A stretch of 63,612 nucleotides of DNA, filler included. It is 10 parts of 10 records of this genome, joined end to end, with 100 filler letters (N's around TTAATTAATTAA, not from the genome) between each part and the next. Parts side by side here need not be neighbours in the genome. Positions count along the whole stretch, not along the records: positions 46,193 to 53,376 come from SRR7504441_12497; positions 53,477 to 56,543 come from SRR7504441_12500; 8 more parts are not named here. One strand, given 5' to 3'. The position numbers and the translations under genes are program-made. Positions 46,469 through 56,288 of this stretch are shown here, piece after piece. The notes under the pieces were generated by a model. It saw only the letters and a program-made list of their open reading frames with translations, searched no databases and had not been told where the DNA came from. Position 1 is the stretch's first letter, and each line of letters opens with the position of its first letter.

Positions 46469-47989
46469 TCACGCCCTCTTGTACTCGTACGTGCGCTCAT
46501 GCGTGCGCTGCGCCACCTTCGTGGTCCAAACATTAACGCGCGCGTAGACTTCCGTGGCTACCCTGAAGGCCATGCCGCGGTGCACGAAGGCGGCCGGGGC
46601 CACAGCCGTGCCCACAAGGATGCAAATCCACAGCTTGGAGCTCGCATGCAGGCAATACTTTAGGAGCGCGTTGAGGCCCGGGTTGACCCAGCCGGTAAAA
46701 ATGGAAAAATTGATTTGGTAACTGACGTGGTGTAGGGAGTGATGCCGCGCGTCCATCAGTATCCCGGCTTGTTGGAGGGCCGTGATGGCCGAGGGCACCT
46801 CCGTCGGCTTCGTGTGCGACCATCTGTGCGACCACATCATGAATGAGCTAAGGGCAGCAAAGGCGACCAAGAAGGTGCGCAGCAAGCGGCAGGTCTTTGC
46901 ACAGGCGCCGGTCGCCGCCTTGTTCGCGGGCACCAGCCCTGGGATCAGCACCAGGGCCACGCCCACATGATGCTCCCTCAGGAACTTCCACAGGGGCCCC
47001 CGTGTCACACCGCCTGGATCGTGGTGGTGGTGCTGGAAGCCGATCGCGGCGCTGCCGATGATGGGCCACGTGTTGAAGAGCGGGTTATCAAGGCAGATGT
47101 GCAGCAGGCCCGACATGAGGTCCGTGAAGACGACCGCGGCGAGGAAGAAACCAAGAGCTTTGAGGGCCCGGCCGAGTATGCTGCCCTCCTCATGGCGGCG
47201 AGGCGAACCACCACCGCCCCAACCGTAGCGCCGCTCGATGCGATTCAGCACGGCAAAGGCGACAATTTCGAGGAGAATCCCGATGGTCGCCACGTCCTGC
47301 CCGCCGTGGAGCAGCACGGAGGATCCCACGCTTCCCAAATTCGAGAACAGCGAGGACGATGACGCCTTTTGGTCCAGCTCTTGCTGTATCCGCCGCAAGT
47401 CCTTGGCCGTGCCTTGCGCGACCGGGACAGAATAATAAAAGTCCCAGAATCGCTCCGAGTCAGCATTTGGCAATTTGGCGTCCACAAAGGCTGCGGCGCC
47501 GCTACTGTTTACGAGAGATTCGGCCATGAATTCGGCCGTGCAGTTGGGCATCGGGAGGCCAGTCAGCGCGACGACGTCGGGATACTTTGAGCCAGGACCC
47601 ACAGGGCTGCCCTTAAACAAGCCGATCCCGGGATGCGAGATGCGCCAGGTCCTCCTCGAGGGCATAGCAACCATCTCCCCCACTGGCTCCGACCACTCGC
47701 AGCATGGGTCGCCCAACTCGTGCCCGTTGGTCTCTCCGTCGCCGTCGCTGTCCTGCTCGCACAGCCACTGGGTCCACCTATACCCGGCCCTCTTAAAGTC
47801 TCTGCCGAACCTGTTGACTGAGCCCCCGCCGCTCAGGTGCCAGTGCCCGATGCCTGCACTGCCGGGAACATTCAGCGCGTTGGGGACCATTCCGCGGTAG
47901 TGGCTGTGGCCGCGGCAACAAGGCGAGTTGATCTGGAGCGCCAGGACAGTTAGGAGAGACAGGTAGAGCGCAGGCTGCGAAGATGCCAT
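46469..47989 (-). CDS. Temptin-like extracellular domain fused to TMEM189/PEDS1/CarF/FAD4-type desaturase
   Basis: Signal peptide; VPN...GIGH...GGG..NRFG.DF...WT..LCEQDSDGDGETNGHELGDPCCEW...SHPG; then DLMSGLLHICLDN, FQHHHHDP, HRWSH, HHSLHH. Confidence 0.8.
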   Translation of the reverse strand: MASSQPALYLSLLTVLALQINSPCCRGHSHYRGMVPNALNVPGSAGIGHWHLSGGGSVNRFGRDFKRAGYRWTQWLCEQDSDGDGETNGHELGDPCCEWSEPVGEMVAMPSRRTWRISHPGIGLFKGSPVGPGSKYPDVVALTGLPMPNCTAEFMAESLVNSSGAAAFVDAKLPNADSERFWDFYYSVPVAQGTAKDLRRIQQELDQKASSSSLFSNLGSVGSSVLLHGGQDVATIGILLEIVAFAVLNRIERRYGWGGGGSPRRHEEGSILGRALKALGFFLAAVVFTDLMSGLLHICLDNPLFNTWPIIGSAAIGFQHHHHDPGGVTRGPLWKFLREHHVGVALVLIPGLVPANKAATGACAKTCRLLRTFLVAFAALSSFMMWSHRWSHTKPTEVPSAITALQQAGILMDARHHSLHHVSYQINFSIFTGWVNPGLNALLKYCLHASSKLWICILVGTAVAPAAFVHRGMAFRVATEVYARVNVWTTKVAQRTHERTYEYKRA

Positions 47990-48238
47990 TCTCGGGCAGC
48001 GAGCCGAGCCGGCCGAGCGGATGCACGAGGTTCCGTACGAGGAGAGCTGGCCAGGGCTACGGAGAGTACGGTGACCAGACGAGGCTCTGGGCGCTGGCCA
48101 GGGCGGCGCGGCTGCTTTGGCCGGTGGGCAATGGACGCGCCCAAGCCTCGTCGACACTCGGCGGCCACCGAGCTTATGAACTGACGAGATCTCACCGAAG
48201 TCCGTTATTACCCGGCCTCCCGTGCCGCTAAGGCGGCG

Positions 48239-49162
48239 ATGACAGACATGGCCCGGCATCCGGAGCTGGTCCCGACGCGGGCGGCGCTGCTCGGCTGGGC
48301 CCGACACCCGGACTGGCGCGGCCGCCCATTCCTAATGCTCAACCTCCTGCAGTTCCGCCGAGACGCCGCCGGCAGCCTCCAGCCGGCGGCCGACGCGTTC
48401 GAGCGTTACGTGCGTGAGCTGGGGGGGCTGGGCCCCGAGGGGCGGGTGGTGCTCCGGAGCGGGCGGTGCCACGGGCTGTTCAGCAGCCACATCGAACCGG
48501 ACCAGCTGCTGCTCGTCGAGTGGCCCAGTCCGGAGCTCTTCATCAGCGCTGTCTCCAGCAGCGGCTACGCCCGGGCACATCGGCACAGGTCGGCGGCGCT
48601 GGCTGCCACTGAGATGGTGGCGATCGGCCACCCTGGCACTGGCTTCCAGCGGCTAGGGCCGGGCGGGGTCCGAGTGTGTCCTAGGCTGGCTGAGCTCTGG
48701 GCGGAGAGCGAAGCCACGGCCGAGTCACAGAACATACTCCCGGACCCCGGGCTGCTGCAGGCGATGGCCGCGGATTGCCGGCTCGAGTGGCAGGAAGGGG
48801 CGCGCAGGCCGATGCTGATGCTCAACCTGCTCAAGTTTGTGAGACCGACCGGACTGGATCAATACATTGAGTACGGCAAGGCAGCGGCCGCTGCCGTCGA
48901 GTCCGGCGAGCACTTGGCCGACCGGGCCACTGGCGGGCTGCAGGTGCCGTTGGTGCCGGCTCGGACACTTCTGGGGGCGACCGAGTGGGAGGCGTTTACC
49001 GTGATGGGGTACCCGCGGCTGGAAGCATTTGCAAGGTTGCCTGAGAACAAGACGTGGCAGCGAGCGGAAAAGCACAGAACAGCTGGGTTGATGGTGCAAG
49101 GGCTGGTGGCGTGCTGCCCTGATCTGGTGGTGCCGCTAGGCCCGGCTGTTGCCAAGCTTTGA
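48239..49162 (+). CDS. Tandem DUF1330-like (dimeric alpha+beta barrel) protein with PTS1-like AKL
   Basis: Two repeats RP.LMLNLL.F...Y...(E/G)(W/Y)P...HR.A.L; ends AVAKL*. Confidence 0.75.
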   Translation: MTDMARHPELVPTRAALLGWARHPDWRGRPFLMLNLLQFRRDAAGSLQPAADAFERYVRELGGLGPEGRVVLRSGRCHGLFSSHIEPDQLLLVEWPSPELFISAVSSSGYARAHRHRSAALAATEMVAIGHPGTGFQRLGPGGVRVCPRLAELWAESEATAESQNILPDPGLLQAMAADCRLEWQEGARRPMLMLNLLKFVRPTGLDQYIEYGKAAAAAVESGEHLADRATGGLQVPLVPARTLLGATEWEAFTVMGYPRLEAFARLPENKTWQRAEKHRTAGLMVQGLVACCPDLVVPLGPAVAKL

Positions 49163-49629
49163 ATTTATGATAAAGCGTTTCATAACTACACATGTACATG
49201 TAAGCTCATAGTATACACTGCAACCGTCACTCGTCAATCGGCAAATATGATTACTTATGTTTGAGAACGTTGTCCGGGTTAAATTCCATGCATCAGCCTT
49301 AATTAACCATCTCTTGGCCATTGCCTAGTGAGAGAGGCTACTTGGAGCTTTGCGGTTTGGGAGTTTTTGCTCGTGCACGCTCAGGCACGCTTTGCCTAGA
49401 GCTCGCTCCATCATACGTATCAACATGAGATTAGAGTTCACACCCGCCAGCCGCGGTGCCGATCATTGGAGACAATTCGCGCAGTGACCGCTAGACCGCA
49501 TGGTAACCGTATGGTATTAAACCGCGTGGCTACCGCGTGGACTGTTACGGAAGCCGTGAGCGGCCTCAACCGCTCAACGGAAGGTCGGTAAAAAAGGTCG
49601 CTTCCCGAACCCCTGTCAGCCTGCACGCG

Positions 49630-49986
49630 ATGAGCTGGGAGGCGCACCCAGGGTTGGACATGCCCTTCAAGGGCGACTGTGAGACCATCTGTGTGCCCAC
49701 CGCCAACGACGTCGAGGCACTCAAGCGCATTTGTGAGCAAAAGGGCTACAACGCCTTCCAACACCACGGGTTACATGGGCTCAAGATAGCACACCTGAAG
49801 CGGTTTTCCACGGATGTGAGCAAATTCGACTGCTCCCCGTGCGGCCTCGTCGAGTCCATGTTCTACATCTACACGCGCCCCGCGCACGAGGCCGCGCAGG
49901 CGGCAGCGGCGGGTCAACGCGCGAAGGATCAGCAGTTGCACGACGCAGAGGTCGCGGGCACGGTCCTCGGCGCAATGTTCGGCTAA
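49630..49986 (+). CDS. Small hypothetical protein
   Basis: ATG-initiated intronless ORF with C/G-rich third positions; CAACGG upstream at 49575. Confidence 0.55.
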   Translation: MSWEAHPGLDMPFKGDCETICVPTANDVEALKRICEQKGYNAFQHHGLHGLKIAHLKRFSTDVSKFDCSPCGLVESMFYIYTRPAHEAAQAAAAGQRAKDQQLHDAEVAGTVLGAMFG

Positions 49987-50250
49987 TGTTCGGCGGCTGA
50001 ACCATAGCTGCTCGGCTGATTGTTTCGTCCGGATCGCTCGCCTGGTAGGGATTCTGACCGGAGGATGATGCATTGTAAAGAGTGATGTTCCTTGCGCGTT
50101 TCCAATAGCCGCTCTGGTACGAGTATACTTGATAAGTTTATGGTACATTACAACCTGAATTTATATGAAGCAACTAAATGGAATAGATTACATGATCACT
50201 CATTGATAGGCTAATCAACTGAGCTACAATACAACGGACGGATTGCAACA

Positions 50251-52246
50251 TTACAGTTTGCTTCGCAAGCTAGGCAGCACATACCCGTCGGCCTCCAGTT
50301 GCGCCCGGATCCTCTTCTTGTCCAGCTTCCCGGTGGATGTCAACGGCAACTCGGGCCAGATCAGCACCTGCCTTGCGCCCTAACCGCCACGCCGGGCCCG
50401 TCACCCCACCTCGTCGGGAAGCTCGTACTTGGCAAACTTGGCCCGACAGTGTGCCAGCAGCGCCTCCACATCCACACCGTTGGCCGGATCTGCCGCCCCC
50501 GTCAGCCAGTACCCGGGCGGCGGGCGGGACCTGCAGGCACGACTACTGCCACCGGTCGTTCGTCCCACTTGGGATGCTTCTGAGCCACCACTGCACATAG
50601 TGCCACGTCTGGCCGGCTCACAATATGGCTCTCCAGGTCAACTGATGATATCCACTCGCCTGTCCCGCGCTGAGACCGGGGTTGGGCTGCCGGGCCACCG
50701 CCTGACTTGATTAGGTCCTTTGATCTGTCCCGGATAACCATGTAGCCTTCCTGATCGATAGATGCAATGTCCCCGGTGCAGAGCCAACCGTTGTGAAACT
50801 TGTGCGCGGCCGCGGGATTCTTGTAGTAGCTCCCAGTCACCTCCCCGCCCCCTCGGCCCCTCCTCCCGGGGCACGGCACCGTTGGGCCGCGAAGCAGCAG
50901 TTCACCAGCCGCTTGGCCGTCTTGAGCGAGCTCTGTATCAAAGTTTTCAGGATCTACAATCTTCCACTCGAGCATAGGCACTAGCAGCCCGGGCTTGGCA
51001 CAGTTGCCTGGCCAGACTCGGCCGGCCGCCGCACCCGCCCGCACCAAACTGCTTCTCGGCCGGCCAGTCGCAGTGCGAAAGCTTCTGGCGCATCCGGCCT
51101 ATCGTCACGTTTGGATTTGTCTCAGTCATGCCTGGCCAGTGTGACCGGGGCAGGGGCAGCCGGCGCACCGAACCCCTGGAGGAACTCGGTGCCGTGATGC
51201 TTCAGGTACCAAGCCATCATCTCTGGCGGAGGCACCGAGCCACCGCAAAGGATCTTCTTCACCATGAAGCCACCGCCAGACATCTGAGTGAGCGCTGAGC
51301 GTACCCCTTGCCAGATGGTGGGCACGGCCGCGCCGTAGGTGACTTTCCAGTCAAGGCAGCACTGGATGGTGCTCTGGGGTGACATTTGGTTCCCTGTGAG
51401 CACGATGCGAGCGCCAAGCATGAGAGCGACAAAAGGGAGACCCCACCCGAGTGCATGGAACATGGGCACTACTGGGCAGAGCACGTCGGTTGCAGTGACG
51501 TCCTGGCAGTCGGCCGAGTTGGCCAGCACTGTGTGGAGGTACGTCGACCGGTGAGAGTAGGCCACACCCTTGGGCTCGCCGGTCGTGCCTGCACCGGCTG
51601 AGCCGTTTGTTTGGCCATTGGCCACCTGAGGTGTAGCAGAGCGCCATGGCATCCGATTCGCTGACGGCTTCGGTCGGCCAGGCAAACTCGGCCGGGTGCG
51701 CGGCCAGCAGAACATCCCAGTCGACCACATTGTTCGGCAGGCCGTGCCCAGCCTGGGCCCACCCTCCGGACTTCTGATCGGCGCCGCAAACAACGAACAT
51801 CTTCACCTGCGCGAGCACGGACGGGTCGACAGGTCGGAGCTTGTCGATCAGATCCGCGTCCAGGATGATCACTTTGTCCTGGGCGTGACGGATGATGAAT
51901 CCTAACTCGACCGGCCCGAGCCGCAGGTTCAGCGTGTGCAGCACAGCGCCCATGCACGGTACCTAGCCACGCTCGGCAGGGCAGGCCGGGCGCGCACCGC
52001 GTGATAGCACTGCAGGTGCCGCGCGTTGTTCCAGCAGAGGGTGCCCACCACGTCCCCGGGGCCCACCCCGGCCGCCGCCAGCGCCCGGGCCAGCTGCCGG
52101 GTCCGGGCGGCGTGCTCAGCGTAGGAGGTGGTGTGGTACCCGCCGGGCACTTGGGTGACGATCAGATTGTCCGGCTGCAGCCGCGGGCCCCGGTCCAGCA
52201 GCGTCGGGAGCAGCAGCGGCACTTCCATCATCGTACTCTTCACCAT
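50251..52246 (-). CDS. AlkK/DmdB-like medium/long-chain acyl-CoA ligase with PTS1 SKL, seven introns
   Basis: GAVLHTLNLRL, LCYTSG|TTGEPKG, VPMFHALGWG, G|MTE, DRSKDLIKSG|GEWISS, HPKWDERP, TSTGKLDK; ends LRSKL*. Confidence 0.93.
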
Positions 52247-52737
52247 CTTGCCGGGGCGGTGTGGCAAGAATTGCCGGACTGCGATGCGATCTGATCAAGT
52301 CGGGTGAATCGGGGGGTGGGGGCAAGTGCGGCGGCGTACGCGGGAGCTCGAGACCCGGCGAGGCGGAGACCCGGGGATTGCTAGGGCATTGCAAGCATGT
52401 AGATCTAGATCCGCCCGTGGCCGACTCTAGTGCTCGTGCTCGTGAATCGCCACGTGACCGCTCCGCGGTCATAGTTTTGCCGTGGTTTTGAGTGTCAAAC
52501 TCGAGGACACGACATGGTAACAACGTTAACATGGGACACGAGCCAGTGCGTCTCCTCCCCGGTCACTTCTCACGCGTCCCAAGCAGCTAGCAAGGTTCGT
52601 CGATACCGAGTGCCACTTCTCAGGCAGCGGGCTGTTCGAGGTAACAAACCGTCACAAAACCCCCACAAAATCCTTATCAGGCACGACGTTGCGGACGAGG
52701 AGGGAAACAGAGAGTGTGGTGGCGCGCCCGTTCACTG

Positions 52738-53376
52738 ATGGCAGGGCGCTCAGCACTGGTCGCGGGGCTATGGTTGGTGGTCGGGGCGTGCATGCTGGCC
52801 ACCCCGACGGCCGAGCTTGAGGACGACTTGGTGCAGGGGCTGGAGATCGCGGCCACCATGGAGGCAGTGAGTGCCCAGGTCGAGAGTGCCAAGAGAGAGC
52901 TTGGGCATGCCCAACAGAAGGCCCATCGGCTCACCGAACTACTGGCACTCCGCAACAAGGACCGGGAGGTGGCCAAGACGTATGCCGAGCAGTCCAAGGA
53001 GGCATTCAAAGTATCCACATATGCGCACGACGCCAAGAGCAAGAAGGAAAAGTTGGAGAAGGCGTTCCAGGCGGTGGAGGAAAGATACAGCGCGCCCCAG
53101 GAGCAGAAGAACCGGCTCAAAGGGGACACTGACCAAGCGGGCACGGAGCTTGCCGAAGAGACCGGCTTAGCGAACGCCCCGGCAGCGGCGGCGGAGGCAA
53201 AACCCTACCCCGATAGCGCCACACAGGCCGTCAAGAGCTCGGCGGGGGCGGGGGCGTCGGAATCGGTCCAGCGCGCCGAGACTCTTCAGACTGGGACCGC
53301 GGAGTCTGCCAAGCTGATGGGCAATGCGGAGTCTGCCGAGCATGCCGTGGGCCTCAAGAACAAGGACGTGGCCGCT
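52738..53376 (+). CDS. Secreted coiled-coil hypothetical protein, truncated by contig end
   Basis: Signal-peptide-like N-terminus, Ala/Glu/Lys-rich helical sequence. Confidence 0.6.
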
Positions 53377-53642
53377 NNNNNNNNNNNNNNNNNNNNNNNN
53401 NNNNNNNNNNNNNNNNNNNNTTAATTAATTAANNNNNNNNNNNNNNNNNNNNNNNNNNNNNNNNNNNNNNNNNNNNTTTGTATGCAATTGCAATGACACT
53501 TGGCTAGCTTTGTGGGTTGCCTTGCGATCGGCTCGTTGTCTGACAGTTTGCCCAATTGCTCGTGCATCTATAGCTAAGAAAACTTACGAGTAGCAAATAA
53601 AAGCATTTACGCCGGTACATCCCTGGTACATCCGTGCATGTC

Positions 53643-54899
53643 TTAGCTTACGGCATTGATCAGCTTCGGGAACACCTCGTTCGTTTGCTTGCTAAACGAG
53701 ACCGGCCGCCCTAAAATCGCCACAGCCGAGTGCGAAAAAATGCCTCCGTTCCCGTACACAACTGCGCGCTTGGCGCCTTGGATTTGGCGGCCCAGCGCCT
53801 GGTCGGTGAGCTGATCGACCGCCTCCGTGATGCAGTACATGGCCGGTGCCTCCCACGGGGCCCCAAACGCCAGCAGGCCGCCGTGTGTGTTCACTGGGAA
53901 CTGCTCAGGACTGTAATCCGAGCTGGTTAGCTCAAACATCCGCTCCACCCACTCGCCGCCCCTCCCCTTTGGCGCGAGCCCGGCCGCCTCCACTGCCCGA
54001 ATGAAGCAGATCGGGTAGCAGTCGTATAGCCCGAAGAAGTCTATGTCGTCGGGCCCGAGCTGGGCCTCGGTGAATGCGTTTTGCATCGCAGCCTCGCAGC
54101 TGAACACGGCCTCGTCCACCACCCGCGGCGGGTACAGCGGCCCGGACGCCTCGCCGCCCCCGAGCACCACAACCCCGTCCTCCTCCCCGAAGCTGTCCGG
54201 ACAGGCATCTCGCATGAACCGGGACGAGGCCACTATGATTGCCGCACCGCCGTCGGCTCTTCGAGCACACTCTAGCAGGTTGGTCTGCGGGGCGATCTGG
54301 CGCGAACTGAGCACCTGCTCGAGTGTGTGCGGGGTCCGGGTCAGGGCGTCCGGGTGCCTGGATGCCTGCCGGCTCATTAGGACGGACACCATCGCCAGCT
54401 GTTCCCGGGTCACTCCGTGGCTCTCCATTTGCCACCGGGCGATCCGATCGTAGCCGTGAGGGATCACCGGGGAGGTCAGCGAGCCGGACGGGTCGCTGCA
54501 ACCCTGGTCTGCCCGCCTGAGAAATTCTTCCGTTGGGAGCGACGATACGGCGTCGCCAGCCACCACCGCGACCGCCTGGCAGCGCTCTGATCGGACCATT
54601 CGGCATGCTTCGAGCAGCCCTGTGACGGGCGAGGCGCCGCCCGTGTCGATGGTCCTTACCATCACCCCGCGGTGTGGGAGAAGCCCGATCTGGGTGGCCA
54701 GGTAGTGAGCCTCCATGAAGTGGGGGTGGCTCAGGCTCGGGACGCATACCATCCCATCCAGCTGGTCCAGGCAGAGACGGGCCGAGCTCAGCGCCCGCTG
54801 CAGCGCCTCCTGCATCAGCTCCGACGCGCTCTTCCCAAGCTTGCCCAGCGCCGTCCGTCCGGACCCGACGATCCTCGCCGTATCGGCAAGCCGAGGCAT
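53643..54899 (-). CDS. SCP2/Ltp-type thiolase-fold protein, intronless
   Basis: IVGSGRT, GVTREQLA, ADGGAAIIV, YDCYP, VNTHGGLL, YGNGG. Confidence 0.85.
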   Translation of the reverse strand: MPRLADTARIVGSGRTALGKLGKSASELMQEALQRALSSARLCLDQLDGMVCVPSLSHPHFMEAHYLATQIGLLPHRGVMVRTIDTGGASPVTGLLEACRMVRSERCQAVAVVAGDAVSSLPTEEFLRRADQGCSDPSGSLTSPVIPHGYDRIARWQMESHGVTREQLAMVSVLMSRQASRHPDALTRTPHTLEQVLSSRQIAPQTNLLECARRADGGAAIIVASSRFMRDACPDSFGEEDGVVVLGGGEASGPLYPPRVVDEAVFSCEAAMQNAFTEAQLGPDDIDFFGLYDCYPICFIRAVEAAGLAPKGRGGEWVERMFELTSSDYSPEQFPVNTHGGLLAFGAPWEAPAMYCITEAVDQLTDQALGRQIQGAKRAVVYGNGGIFSHSAVAILGRPVSFSKQTNEVFPKLINAVS

Positions 54900-54933
54900 G
54901 GATTATTTATAACGGCAACACAGCCGCGCCGAG
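54900..54933. promoter_or_regulatory. 34-nt bidirectional spacer with AT-rich run and TAACGG
   Basis: TTATTTATAACGG between the divergent thiolase-fold and MFS start codons. Confidence 0.6.
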
Positions 54934-56288
54934 ATGTTGAAGCCGCCGACGCAAACCGCGGGCTGCATCGCTGCCCAGCTGTTCCTGAACTGTCTGTCGA
55001 TCGCCACGATGCTCCAAGCCCGGCCGGCGCTGGTGCTGGGGTACGTTCAGCACACGGCTCCGCGGGCCAAGGACCAAGCGTCCAGGGCGGCCTCAATATT
55101 AGCAAGCTTGGTGTCGGCGGCCAGCCTGATCGAGTTCGTGAGTAACCCACTGGTGGGCTGGCTCAGCGACAGATTCGGCCGAAAGCCCTTCCTTCTGCTC
55201 GCTCCGCTGCTCAGCTGCGCTGGCAAACTAGCCGTGGTGGCGGCCCCCCGCCGGCTATGGGTAGTGTGTGCGGACAAGCTAGCCACAAGCGTCAGTCTCA
55301 CCGGCTGCAGCATCGCTACCTCCGCGGCGATAGACGACATGTTTACCGGCCAGCCCCGCACCGAGCTTAGCACGCAGCAGCGAGTGCGCCAGGGGGCTCA
55401 GGTGGGAGTGCTAGCCGGATTGGCTTTCGTGATTGGCCCGATTCTCACCAGCCTGCTGATCCGGCGGCGCGGGCCTGTTGCCTGCTACGCGCTCTGTGCG
55501 GCCATCTCAGGTGTGCAGCTGTTGATTGTCTCGACGCGGTTTAGTGAGACGCTCGACCAACAGACAACTAAGCCCGCTCCACTCCGTACACTCAGCCCGC
55601 TAGGATTCCAACGGCTGTTCACTAGTGGGCCCCGGCTGCGGCAGCTGACTAGCTGCAACCTGCTCCAGAGCTTTTGCGAGCCCAAGGCACCAGCACTGCG
55701 GCCATCGGGGGCTGACTGGGGCGACAGGCCTGGTCAGACATGCAGCAAATCTACATGAGTGTGGATCTAGGGCTGTCGCCCGCCGGACTGGGCAAGTTCA
55801 ACGCCGCGCTAGGAACGGCCAGCATCTTCGCCAAGTACTTTTCCGGCAAAATGGCCGTCAAGCTCGGGGCAGCAGCTCACACCACACTGTCCAATCTAGT
55901 GTCTGCACTGGCGTTTGGGTGCTGGGGTGCTGGCCTGTGGCGCGTGGCTTTGGCGCTCGCTCCGTTCCACCTGGACAGATCCGCTGCAGTGAGTGTGCAG
56001 CGGTCAGAGGCGGCAGTGGCTGCCGGGCTTCAGGTCAGCTCGAGCTGGCTGCTGGGGGCTGACAGGTTGGGGCAGCATGGGGAGCAGCATGCAATGTACG
56101 CCAACTTGCGAGCACTGAACATGGCAGTGGCCCCTTATTTGATTAGCAAAGCCTACGCTATCGCCAAGCGAGGTAAAGGGATCCCTCCGGGTCTCGGTTT
56201 CTTGATAGTAGCAGCATTTGCTATAGCTGCAGAGCTTCAGCATCAATGCGCTCTACGCGATAATAGTTGCAAGACAAAGACAAAATGA
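54934..56288 (+). CDS. TetA/MFSD14-like MFS transporter
   Basis: GWLSDRFGRKP, GLAFVIGP, ETL; GC-AG intron 55687-55727 joins EPK|AWSDMQ. Confidence 0.82.
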
